A DNA stretch of 64,000 nt from Octopus sinensis (taxonomy: Eukaryota), in contig NC_043004.1 in the NCBI RefSeq assembly GCF_006345805.1, positions 77,500,001-77,564,000 on the forward strand, written 5' to 3'. The translations under genes were made by a program, and so were the position numbers. The notes beneath the pieces were generated by a model. It saw nothing but the letters and a program-made list of their open reading frames with translations, did not search any database and was not told the origin of the DNA. Shown in pieces: positions 13,275 to 23,758 of the stretch (position 1 is its first letter; each line of letters starts with the position of its first letter).

Positions 13275-13551
13275 GTACTACTAGCGAACAGTGGTCCCGG
13301 TGCGCGTACTCGCGCATCCGCGCCAGCTAGTCATGATTAGTCGATCCTTACTTTGTGTTTTTGTTATTTACTTATTTACTTAAAAAATTATTTACTTTGT
13401 GTTTTTGTGTTTTACTTACTTTGTTTAACAAAAATTATTTATTTTGGGTTTTATTTACTTTGCTAGGTAGTCGTTGTAGGATCGACTAGTCACGACTAGC
13501 TAGCGCGGATGTGCGAGTGCGCGCACCGGGACCACTGTTCGCTAGTAGTAC
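13275..13551. mobile_element. MITE with long CpG-rich terminal inverted repeats
   Basis: gtactactagcgaacagtggtcccggtgcgc ... gcgcaccgggaccactgttcgctagtagtac, with imperfect arms of about 70 bp. A second copy lies at 23170-23376. Confidence 0.9.
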
Positions 13552-14203
13552 CAGTTTTTTATGTGGTGCTGTCGACCCGCAAGAAATAGCAGCCAAGTTC
13601 CCTCACATCGCACCTTTCTATCTTAGAAAGAGACGGACACTCACAAAGTAATTACGAGTTTACCAAAAACATAAAAATAGTCACAGCTGGAAACCCTTCA
13701 TAAGGCAGACCCGGGGCTAAATAACAACCATCTTATCTAATTTCATTATCTTTAACAAAAAGCTGATAATTTTAACTACTCACATAATAGCTTTTGAGGA
13801 TACATTACTTTTCTAAAATTATACTAATCTTGAAAGCGCTAATAACCTTTGATCAAAGTAAATATTAGACGTATGAGTAGATGCATGCATTATCTTCTCG
13901 CTGACTAAAGGTTGTTGGTCTGGTCTGTGGTGGTGACAGTTCATGAAGGTAAATGTTTCTCGGGCTGCGTGTTGGAGTAGCTGAACAACCCTCATGAAGA
14001 TTATATCATCACAGATAAAGTCAAACAGCGTTGGACTTTCACAGATAACAGCAGCAATAATTATATAATAGGAGAGAGATATTAAGTTTACGGCAAGTTA
14101 TTGATACGGTAACCTGCGGCTTGTCCAATATTATTGAAAAAAACTTATGCTATATATTCATGGTGACGAAGGTTCCTATCATCTGTCTGTGCTATCTGTC
14201 TTA

Positions 14204-14295
14204 GGTTTTTATAGAGGACTAGAAGTCAAATTCTAGAATGTTCAAGAAAACCTGTCCATGCCAATGGACCAATCAGATGAAACTATGGTGGTCTG
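14204..14295 (-). promoter_or_regulatory. CCAAT - heat-shock element - TATA cassette (copy A)
   Basis: aTTCt aGAAt gTTCa aGAAa (14230-14249) is four perfect alternating nGAAn pentamers. TATAAAAA is on the minus strand at 14213-14206, and CCAAT is at 14261 and 14269. Confidence 0.6.
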
Positions 14296-14994
14296 CTCAT
14301 GATGTGACTACTTGTTTCAGTCATTAGACTTTGGCCATGCTGGGGCATTGCCGTGAAGGGTTTAGTAGAACACATCAACCCCAGCAATTATTTTTAAACC
14401 TGTTACTTATTTTATCGGTCTCTTTTGCCAAACTGCTAGGCATAGACAAACCAACACCAGTTGTTAGGCAAGGGAGGAGACAAGCACAGAGACACACATA
14501 CACACACACACACATACATATACCTATTTCTTTACTACTCACAAGGGGCTAAACACAGAGGAGACAAACAAGGACAGACAGACGGATTAAGTTGATTATA
14601 TCGATTCCCAGTGCGTAACTGGTACTTAATTTATCGACCCCGAAAGGATGAAAGGCGAAGTCGACTTCAGCGGAATTTGAACTCAGAACGTAACGGCACA
14701 CGAAATACTGCTAAGCACTTCCCCCGGCGTGCTAACGTTTCTGCCAGCTCGCCACCTTTAAATATATATATACATACATATACCGTTTAAGAATCCATAA
14801 GTCAGAAAAAAATGCATTCCTATATTTGTTGTCACTAGAGTGGGCATATTAATCGAAGTGTAATTGATTATATATCCATTACGGCCGATATTATTAATCC
14901 GTTTTGTACTAATGGTTCAACGATTATGTAACCCTGCACTCTTCAGAGATGGCCATTATGGAATGAAATATGGCAACTGCTTTCTATTGTTGGA

Positions 14995-16450
14995 GGTGAA
15001 CAGACACATCCAGTTTGTGGCAGCTGAGCGAGAGACCGTTTGTCACCAGTAGGGATAGAAGCTTTCTAAACTTTGCCCAGGCTATTCTTATTCTTGTGGT
15101 GACACTCTCTGAGCATCCACCTCCACTACTAATTTGGTCACCTAGGTAGCAGAAACTATCAACCACTTCTAGTTTCTCCCCCTGGAGTGTGATGGAATCT
15201 GTTTTCTGAGTATCTGTGGTGTCTCTTGCCCCTGGACATTTGCTGCACATGAAATCTATCTTCTTGGTTAATTTTCCTTTAATGTTGCTGCACCTCTTAT
15301 GCGTCCATAGCTTATACTGGGTACATCTTATGGAGTTTCTACCTACACCTTTTCTACAGATTGAGCATGGTCACCTACCTGAGGGGGTGTGTGATGAGGT
15401 CACCTTCCTAATTACTATAACTTTGGTCTTTGCTACATTGACTCTAAGGCCTTTTGATTCTAAACCAAGCTTCTACACACAAAATTTCTTTTCTAGTTCC
15501 GGTTGTGATTTGGCTATGAGGGCCAAGTCATCAGCATAGAGGAGCTCCCAGAGGCAACCCGTCTTAAGTTCCTCTGTTATTGCCTGGAGGACTATGATGA
15601 ATAGAAGGGGACTGAGGGCTTCTCTGTATAGGGCCTGTACAGCCCTTATTACCCATTCATCAATCTCCAGTTTCTGCATCGCCCACCAGATAAGGGATCG
15701 GGGAACCCTGTCAAAGGCTTTCTCCAAGTCCACGAAAGCTAAGTAGAGGCATTTATCTTTAGCAAGGTATTTCTCCTGCAGTTGTCGAATCAGGAATATG
15801 GCATCAATGGTGCTTCTACCCAAACAAAACTGAACTGCATCTCATCTAAGCAGACTCTCTCCCTAATGAGATGGGTTATGACCCTCTTTATGACCTTCAT
15901 CACCTGATCCAACAGTTATTTCTATCTAGAGCATCACCTTTACCCTTGTAGCAGTTGACTAAGGTGCTGTTATGCCAGTCATTGGGTATGACTCCATCAT
16001 GAACTACTTGGTTTACAATGTGGGTGACTAGGCCGTAGCCCACACCACCAGATCTTTTAAGCATCTCAGCAGTGATTCTTGATGGGCCAGGGGCTTTTCC
16101 TGGCTTCATACCCTTAATTGCTTTATCTACTAGGGAGCTGTCTATTGGGATAGCTGGTCCCTCTACTGGGTCAACATTTGGCAGGCTCTCCTCCTCCCAT
16201 TCATTCTCCACATTCAGCAGTCTTTCATAATGGCTTCTCCAAGCCTTTTTCTTTTCAGAAACATTGAAAGCAAGTGCACCATCATCCATGCGGATGCATT
16301 TCCCTCCTCTGACATCACAATTTTCTCTCACACACTGTCTAGCAATCCAAAATACCCCAGTTCTTTGGTCCTCACTTCGCTGGACATTGACAAAATTCTT
16401 CTTTTCCACTTCACCCTTGGCTATGTATACCTGCCGCCCAGCCTCCCTTA
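14995..16450 (-). mobile_element. RTE-clade LINE, degraded reverse transcriptase region
   Basis: ORF fragments with GRSTIDAIFLIRQLQEK, AFVDLEKAFDRVPR, LSPLLFIIVLQAI, LLYADDLAL, LEVVDSFCYLGD and GKAPGPSRITAEMLK; frameshifted and deleted. Confidence 0.95.
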
Positions 16451-16537
16451 AATAGGTAATCGTTTTTTATTTCATATATTTTCATTTGTTTTTTGCTGAA
16501 TTTTTTCTTGAGAACACATTCTCCATGGATAATAGCA

Positions 16538-16624
16538 ATTTTGACGTCTATATCTAGCATGTCTACTTTTAGTGGTCAAGCGATTTTGACGTCTATATCT
16601 AGCATGTCTACTTTTAGTGGTCAA
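16538..16624. repeat. Tandem duplication, 45-nt period x2
   Basis: attttgacgtctatatctagcatgtctacttttagtggtcaa at 16538 and 16583. Confidence 0.95.
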
Positions 16625-16675
16625 TCCTCTAAATTTTGTATGTAAAAAAATTTTAATCTTTGGATTTTTTAAATA

Positions 16676-16830
16676 TGCTAGGCCACTGGTTTTAATTGAT
16701 TAATATCAATTTCTACCCTTATTTAATTTTAAATATATATACATATATATATAATTAAAATCACAATAAGGGTGAAAAAAATTGAATATTAATTAATAAC
16801 ATCAATTTAAAACACCAAGTGGCCTAGTGT
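16676..16830. mobile_element. Short imperfect palindrome (foldback/MITE-like)
   Basis: ctaggccactggtttttaattg...acccttatt versus aataagggt...caatttaaaacaccaagtggcctag. Confidence 0.75.
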
Positions 16831-16963
16831 AAAAAAACTGTGATACAGTAAAAATTATTAATACAAGTAATAAGCTTGAGAACAATTCTTTAGTGGTGGA
16901 TTCCCTTTGCGGATCTATTTCTAGCGTTAGAGTGACCACATGTGGTCTCTCTCTCTTATTACT

Positions 16964-17017
<54 letters not shown>

Positions 17018-17304
17018 AGAACATTACTTTGTTCCTCTTTTTCTTTCTCTTCTCTTCTCATGTGACTGTTGGCTGACTGCTGGCCTTTTTGCGTTTGTCA
17101 TATCAATACTTTTCCTCAGCTGTAAGACCTAATTCCCAACACGCCAGCTGAATTCAATTCTCCAGTCGAAAGACACCTGTTGTTATGTCCTGTTATTATT
17201 ATTATTATTGCATTTTTTTGTATTATTTTTGTATTCATATTCGTGTGACATCGTCCGTTTTTCCGTCCTTCTTTCGTATACATTCGAAGCTTTTTTCCAA
17301 GGAA

Positions 17305-17690
17305 TCTAATGCTCTTACCTTATAGCCCTATCTACAACATTGTTCCACCACCACGTTATTTTGGGTCGAGAGGGGACTTTGCACCATCCACAGATCTGGT
17401 CAATGGCTCTCAGCAGTTGTCCCATAGAAACTTCCAGTTGTCTTCTACACCATGTGAAGCTATATCCCCTTCTATTTCGTCAAAGGCTTCGAGTAATATG
17501 TCTCTAAATCTGTCCATTTTCAGGATCTTTAAGTCTCCAGACCCTTCTTCGCCTTGCTGGTCGTCTTCTGGGCATCCACTTAGCCCTGATCCTAAGTCAC
17601 TAATTACCAGTCTATGTTTTGGGGTATATTCTTCGCCTGGGAAGGTTTTGGCATTTATAAGCAGCCATCTTTCCCTTTTTCTGGCAAGGA
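17305..17690 (-). mobile_element. RTE-clade LINE, endonuclease C-terminus/linker; likely the upstream part of the 14995-16450 element
   Basis: NAKTFPGEEYTPKHRLVISD (APE C-terminal SDH-like motif) then DRFRDILLEAFDEIEGD...VEDNWKFLWDN. Confidence 0.8.
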
Positions 17691-17692
17691 TG

Positions 17693-17731
<39 letters not shown>

Positions 17732-17754
17732 TGATAAATATATATATATATATG

Positions 17755-18357
17755 TTCAGCTGGGTGTCTGGAACTTCTTCTGGATTTTATTTCAAAGCCC
17801 TTACCAGAAATGGTATCAACTGACATACGTAGCATATAGTCAACAACAATGATGAAGAGAAATGGGGTGAGTGTGTCTCCCTGCAGTATTCCGGCTTTGA
17901 TTGAGAAAGATGAAGTTTCCCTATCAGGGGTTAAGATGGTTGAAGACCATCTTAACTATATGGCTCAGAAATCTGGATGTTATCAAAGAAGCTTGAGAGG
18001 CGGTTTGATGGAACTTACAATCACCTCCTTATGAGAGCTCAAAATCTCTCATGGAAGAGTCATCCAACCAAAGTACAAATATATGGGAAACTACCACCTG
18101 TATCATCTCTTGTGAAAGGTAGAAGAGTCCAGTTTGCTGGACATTGTTGTAGAGCTGAAAACGAGGTAATTTCTACTCTTCTCCTCTGGAAGCCATCTGC
18201 TCGTGATACCAGAGGGCGCACACTCTCCTACCCTGATGTAATCTCTAGGGATACAGGCATCCAGTGACAGGACCTCCGTGATGCTATGATGGACCATGAA
18301 GTCTGGCGTAACAGTAAATTCCATTATCTCGACCACAGTCGAACAATGATGATGATA
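17755..18357 (+). mobile_element. RTE/RTE-X-like LINE 3' end with inverted 5' segment
   Basis: Plus 17950-18357 reads LYGSEIWMLSKKLERRFDGTYNHLLMRAQ...RRVQFAGHCCRA... with a (GAT)n tail. Minus 17755-17940 reads KAGILQGDTLTPFLFIIVVDY (RT motif). Confidence 0.85.
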
Positions 18358-18359
18358 TA

Positions 18360-19045
18360 TATAATCAGTATTTGACTTAACTTATTAAACAAAGTTCAAC
18401 AAATCCATTCATATTTATGAAATGAAGGAGATTGAATGTTAAAATGGATTTTAGGTTTTATTTTTTATGTTGTTATACAATTGTTTCATACAAATGGGCC
18501 CAGATATTCATAAATAGAACATCATAATAGGCAATCCTCAGTAGGCAATTATTTAAAGGAAAAATAAAATAAAGACATTTAAAGTACATCGGTTATTTTC
18601 TTGGTTATCATTTTATGGGATTTATATATTCATTATTCCTCCCAAAAATTTTTTAAGGACGTTTAAATAGAGATATATATTGGATTTCATAGAAGGGATA
18701 TCAAATTAAATATTACATATATTAGCACCCATGTCCTAATTTTTTTTTAGTCTAGACTCGAATAAGCATGACTGGAAGAACAAATATATAAACCCCATAA
18801 AATGATAACTAAGAAAAATATCTACGTACTTTAAATGTCTGTATCTTTTGTTTTTCCTTTAAATAATTACCTACCGAGGTGTACAAGTTTGACTATTACT
18901 ATGTTTTATTTATGCATGTCTGGGTCTATTTGTATGAAACAATTGTATTGCAATATGAACAATAAAACCTATAATCCATTTTAACACCCAGTCTCCTATG
19001 AATGAATTTGTTGAACTATATTTAATAAGTCATGTACTGATTATT
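18360..19045. mobile_element. Foldback element, about 680 bp with ~270-bp imperfect inverted arms
   Basis: The left arm atcagtatttgacttaacttattaaacaaagttcaacaaatcc...ggttatcattttatgggatttatatatt aligns to the reverse complement of 18780-19045. Confidence 0.85.
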
Positions 19046-19139
19046 TCAATACAAGCTTTCATACCCAAACAAGTCAAGTATGGAGAAAAGATAGTAGAAA
19101 TCAAAGGAAGAAATTGAAATTAAATGACGAACATACATT

Positions 19140-19189
19140 CATCCAATATATATATATACACACACACACACATATATATATACACACAC

Positions 19190-19232
<43 letters not shown>

Positions 19233-19340
19233 CACACACACATATATATATATACATATACACACACACATATATGTATATATATGAACACATGTGTGTG
19301 TATATATATATATACACACACAAACAGACACACACATACC
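19140..19340. repeat. Compound (TA)n/(CA)n microsatellite
   Basis: Direct inspection; it explains the YI/CV pseudo-ORFs. Similar tracts at 16965-17012, 17690-17755 and 57950-58120. Confidence 0.95.
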
Positions 19341-19430
19341 GTAAATATGAGGGTAATAAATTAAAATAATTTATTACCAGTGATTAGCATGCATAAATAA
19401 AAGTCGTAAGACATAACATATTTTTAAAAA

Positions 19431-19725
19431 TATAAAAGTGTATAGAATATTTCTATACACAGAGAGGAGACCTTTGACATGCTAAAAAGGCCAGTTAAAA
19501 CCTAAACCATGAAAAGAAGAATTCATGAGGCAATTAATTTGGCAATTAATGGTGAAACTCGAACCTGGGATTAACTAATTCATCTTTTGTTCATTCTTGT
19601 GTTATAATTGGCATGCTTCATGAATTCTTTTATCGTGGTTTAGGTTTCAACTGGCCTTTTTAGCATGAAAGGAATCCTGTCAAAGGTCTCTTCTTTGTGT
19701 ATAGAAATATTCTATACATTTTTAT
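19431..19725. mobile_element. MITE with ~100-bp TIRs
   Basis: tataaaagtgtatagaatatttctatacacagagaggagacctttgaca...tgctaaaaaggccagtt mirrored at 19620-19725. Confidence 0.9.
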
Positions 19726-19766
19726 ATATATATATATATATTATATATATATATATATATATGAGT

Positions 19767-20015
19767 GTGGAGGCGCAATGGCCTAGTGGTTAGGGCAGCG
19801 GACTCGCGGTTTCATTTCCCAGACCGGGCGTTGTGAGTGTTTATTGAGCGAAAACACCTAAAGTTCCACGAGGCTCCGGCAGGGGGTGGGGGTAGTGATC
19901 CCTGCTGTACTCTTCTGCCGCAACTTTCTCTTATTCTTTCTTCTGTTGGCCTGCTCGCTTAGCCAGCGGGGTGGCATCGTTTGAAAGCTAAAACAATGTC
20001 GGTCACATGATCACG
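19767..20015 (+). mobile_element. SINE family 3 copy, inserted in (TA)n
   Basis: gtggaggcgcaatggcctagtggttagggcagcggactcgcgg... Confidence 0.8.
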
Positions 20016-20694
20016 TGATATATATATATATATATACACACAAACCCTCATACACACACACACATAAATATGTTGTTAACTGAGGAAGGTTCATGTTAGG
20101 AAAAAACACATTCATTATAAAGTTACAATGTGGGCATAATTTTCATAAAATATTATAAATTAAGAAGCATGTTCAGCCAAGTAAAGTTATGAGATGGCTT
20201 TATAAGGAAGTCATGTTTCTCTTAGTCAAAAGCATAATTACTTTGTCTTCTACCATGGTTGATAAGAATCCTGGCTATAAGAAAAATACTAGATGGCCAT
20301 AATTGGAATGCCTGTCTACATAATTCTATTAGAATTACCGTAGCTGAAATGCTCCAAGAATAAAGTACAACACACACTATATACATCTTTTGTCTTTTAC
20401 GTGTTTCAGTCAGAACGTAACGGCAGACAAAATACCTATATCTTTACTACCCACAAGGGGCTAAACACATAGAGGACAAACAAGGACAGACGAACGGATT
20501 AAGTTGATTACATCGACCCCAGTGCGTAACTGGTACTTAATTTATCGACCCCAAAAGGATGAAAGGCAAAGTTGACCTCGGCGGAATTTGAACTCACAAT
20601 GTAACGGCAGACGAAATACCGCTAAGCATTTCGCCCAATGTGCTAACGTTTCTGCCAGCTCGCCGCCTTAGCTTTTACATATACCAGTGTTGCT

Positions 20695-21485
20695 TGTTAC
20701 TTGAATTGCAGGAAATAAAGAAATAATTCATTGGCTGCATGAATAATAACTAAAGCAAACTCGTGACCATTTAAGTGAATATTTATTGCCAGACATAAAG
20801 ATATTTGGTGTTGGCTATTTACAATGAACAATATAAATATTTACTGACCGGGAGAGAGAGAAAAATTGCACCTCATCCGTAGAAGTTATTTATGAGACAT
20901 TGTGAGAATGTTCTGTTTGGTATACTAAAACATGGAACTGTCTGCCCAATTGTCCATGATAAGAGTAGAGGTGCAAGTCACTCAGCTGCCTTCAACACTC
21001 GGCAACTAGAAAAGCACCAAACACGGTTTTTATAGCAGACAAGAGGATTTATTCTTGAACAATCAAGGAAACCATATCACAATACAGCCTTTGCTGATTT
21101 GTCAGTGTATAGACCAATCATGTGAATCTATGGTGGTTTGTCTGTGGTGTCTGACCAAGTATCTAGTGGTTAGGTTTCAAATCCCCACTATACCGAGTTT
21201 TTATTCTGCCAGATGCTATTCACAACATCAGTGAATGTTTTGTTTTCCCTATACCAGAGATGACAAATTTTTGTGGCTGGCTGCCAGTGTGCTATTGCAA
21301 AGGCCCAGAAAGGCCGAAATGCATCTTGCATTTGTTGTTTGGTCTCTGCCAGGATGGATTTTCATCTCCCCCTGATATCTATTACTTTTAATACAGCATG
21401 TCCATAACAGCTGTTATCTTCTACAGATACCACATCAACTATGTATACAATAAGTATGAAACAATAACGGCTAGGATATGTAACA
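20695..21485 (-). mobile_element. Probable solo LTR (791 bp) carrying CCAAT-HSE-TATA cassette copy B
   Basis: Termini TGTTAC...GTAACA (6-bp inverted repeat). On minus: CCAAT block, degenerate HSE (21051-21070), TATAAAAA (21034-21027), then AATAAA about 245 nt further on. The TSD is imperfect (tgct/cact). Confidence 0.5.
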
Positions 21486-22289
21486 CACTGCCTAAATACC
21501 AATCTTGAGAAATTAAGCTGCTCAAAACCAGAAAAGAGAAAGCTAATTTGAAGACTACAGATCCAATTCATCACTGGAACTGTAAAAATCTGTAAAACAT
21601 TCCAGAAGTTTATCATTTAAATATGAGAATGTTTAGATATGCATAAGAATAAATGCATGAAACAAAGCATACAAATCTGCACATGTACATACATACATAA
21701 ATACTCTGTTGTTGATGTTGAAATTCCAATAAAGGAGCCTTGGGTCTAGGTTAGAAACTGGCCTCTGTGATTTTTGGCTATCTCACCCCCATTAAAATAT
21801 TGCTATTAAAAAACTGGCTTATCTCCTCACTAAAAAATTGAGTTTATGTGACAAGAGTTTGGATTAAAAGAGATCCTTGTCACTCAATACTTCAACACAT
21901 TGTTGACTTTTGGCCTCCTCAATAGGAATGGTGTGATTTGTTATAAAAATATCAGATTCAATAAGATGTTTCATCTTTTCACTTTTTTTTTTTTGTTTTA
22001 TTGAGGCTTTAGCAATTTTTTAGTTGAGGGAGATAACCAAAAGTACCGATATTTCTCACAAGACGTGGGAGGAGATAACTCCATTTTTTTTACTTGGGGT
22101 GAGATAACCGGAAAGGACCACTGGCTCTTTCTCTATTGGCAAGAAATCTTGAAAACTGAACAATGACATACATACATACACAAAAAGTAACAAGCCGAAG
22201 AAAATAAATCCTTCAAAGGGGTGTGTTAAACATCCAATTCAAAAGTACGTCAGTTGGGTACCATATGAATATTGGTATCATTCAATTAT

Positions 22290-23108
22290 AAAGATAAATT
22301 AAATATTGACAATCCAATAATTTATCTATATTACATTAAATACTACGAATATAATGTAACAATATTATATAACATTAACAATTATAAAAACCAACAAATT
22401 ATTTCGACTTATATTTTTTCTGATATACATAATTACAGTTCCTCTCTATATAAAGTCATTTCGTCTTTTTCTAAACCATGGCCCTGAAGTGACTAAAGCA
22501 ACTGTGATTATGTATGTCAGAAAAATATATATTTCTTTATTACCCACAAGGGGCTAAACATAGAAGGGACAAACAAGGACAGACAAAGGGATTAAGTCGA
22601 TTACATCGACCCCAGTGCGAATCTAGTACTTTATTTATCGACCTCGAAAAGGTTGAAAGGCAAAGTCAACCTCGGCGGAATTTGAATTCAGAACGTAACA
22701 ACAGACGAAATACCTATTTCTTTACTACCCACAAGGGGCTAAACACAGAGGGGACAAACAAGGACAGACAAAGGGATTAAGTCGAGTATATCGACCCCAG
22801 TGCGTAACTGGTACTTATTTAATCGACCCTGAAAGGATGAAAGGCAAAGTCGACCCCAGCGGAATTTGAACTCAGAACGTAACAACAGACGAAATACTGC
22901 TAAGCACTTCGCCCGGCGTGCTAACGTTTCTGCCAGCTCGCTGCCTTCTGTCTGAAAAATATATATAAGTCCAAACAATTTGTTGGTCTTTATAATTATA
23001 TGTTATATAATATTATGTTGTGTTATATTTTATTCATAGTATTTAATGTAATATTGTAGTATAAATAAATTATTGGATTGTCAATAGTATATCTCTAATT
23101 TATCTTTA
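22290..23108. mobile_element. AT-rich foldback element (~140-bp arms) with a tandem SINE family 2 pair in its loop
   Basis: aaagataaatt..tattgacaatccaataatttat...ccaacaaatt...gacttatat mirrored at 22950-23108. Confidence 0.8.
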
Positions 23109-23169
23109 CATACACAAAAAATAAATAAATATAAGCAATTCGTGAAATAATTAAAGAAATAAAAGTTTG

Positions 23170-23376
23170 GTACTACGAGCGAACAGTGGTCCCGGTGCGC
23201 GCTCTCGCGCTAGCTAGTCGTGACTAGTCGATCCTACAACGACTACCTAGCAAAGTAAGTAAAACACAAAATAAATTTTTTTACAGAAAGTAAATAATTT
23301 TTGTTAAACAAAGTAAATAATGTTTTAAACCAAGTACGCGAGAGCGCTCACCGGGATCACTGTTCTTAAGTAGTAC
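23170..23376. mobile_element. MITE, same family as 13275-13551, opposite orientation
   Basis: gtactacgagcgaacagtggtcccggtgcgc...ctcaccgggatcactgttcttaagtagtac; its left part matches the reverse complement of the right arm of the 13.3-kb copy. Confidence 0.9.
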
Positions 23377-23758
23377 CTTAAAACATTAAACAATATTGAG
23401 CTGAGGGTAATAAAAAAACACGTTATAGAAAAATAATTATCAAATAATAGGTCTTGGGGCTACTACAGTCATCATTTTCCTCAGAAATTTGATATATTTA
23501 TTTTATGCAGTGTTATTTTATTTCATGTAGGTACCAAAAATTTTATATGGAAATTGCTGAACAAATAGTTTAACTTGGATCTTTTCTGAAACTATCTCCG
23601 AAGGATTGCCGGAAAGAAAATGGTTAGAATATATTGAGCGAGAAAAAGGGCGTAACAGAAAGATAAAGGAAAGAAGTGAGATAATGAGTAAAATGAAAGA
23701 TGTACGAATCTGCCGATATGAAAGCTAGCTCTGCAAGAATTCCGCTGTGACCGTTTTG

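Noticed and set aside
19767-19850. tRNA-like sequences (also 10800-10885, 27490-27572, 52845-52910)
   Set aside because: No complete cloverleaf or acceptor stem, and they continue into repeated bodies, so they are SINE heads rather than tRNA genes.
21225-21616. 84-aa minus ORF whose frame stays open after a TGA (possible selenocysteine readthrough)
   Set aside because: No selenoprotein-like motif around the TGA, no SECIS recognised, and the region is better explained as an LTR.
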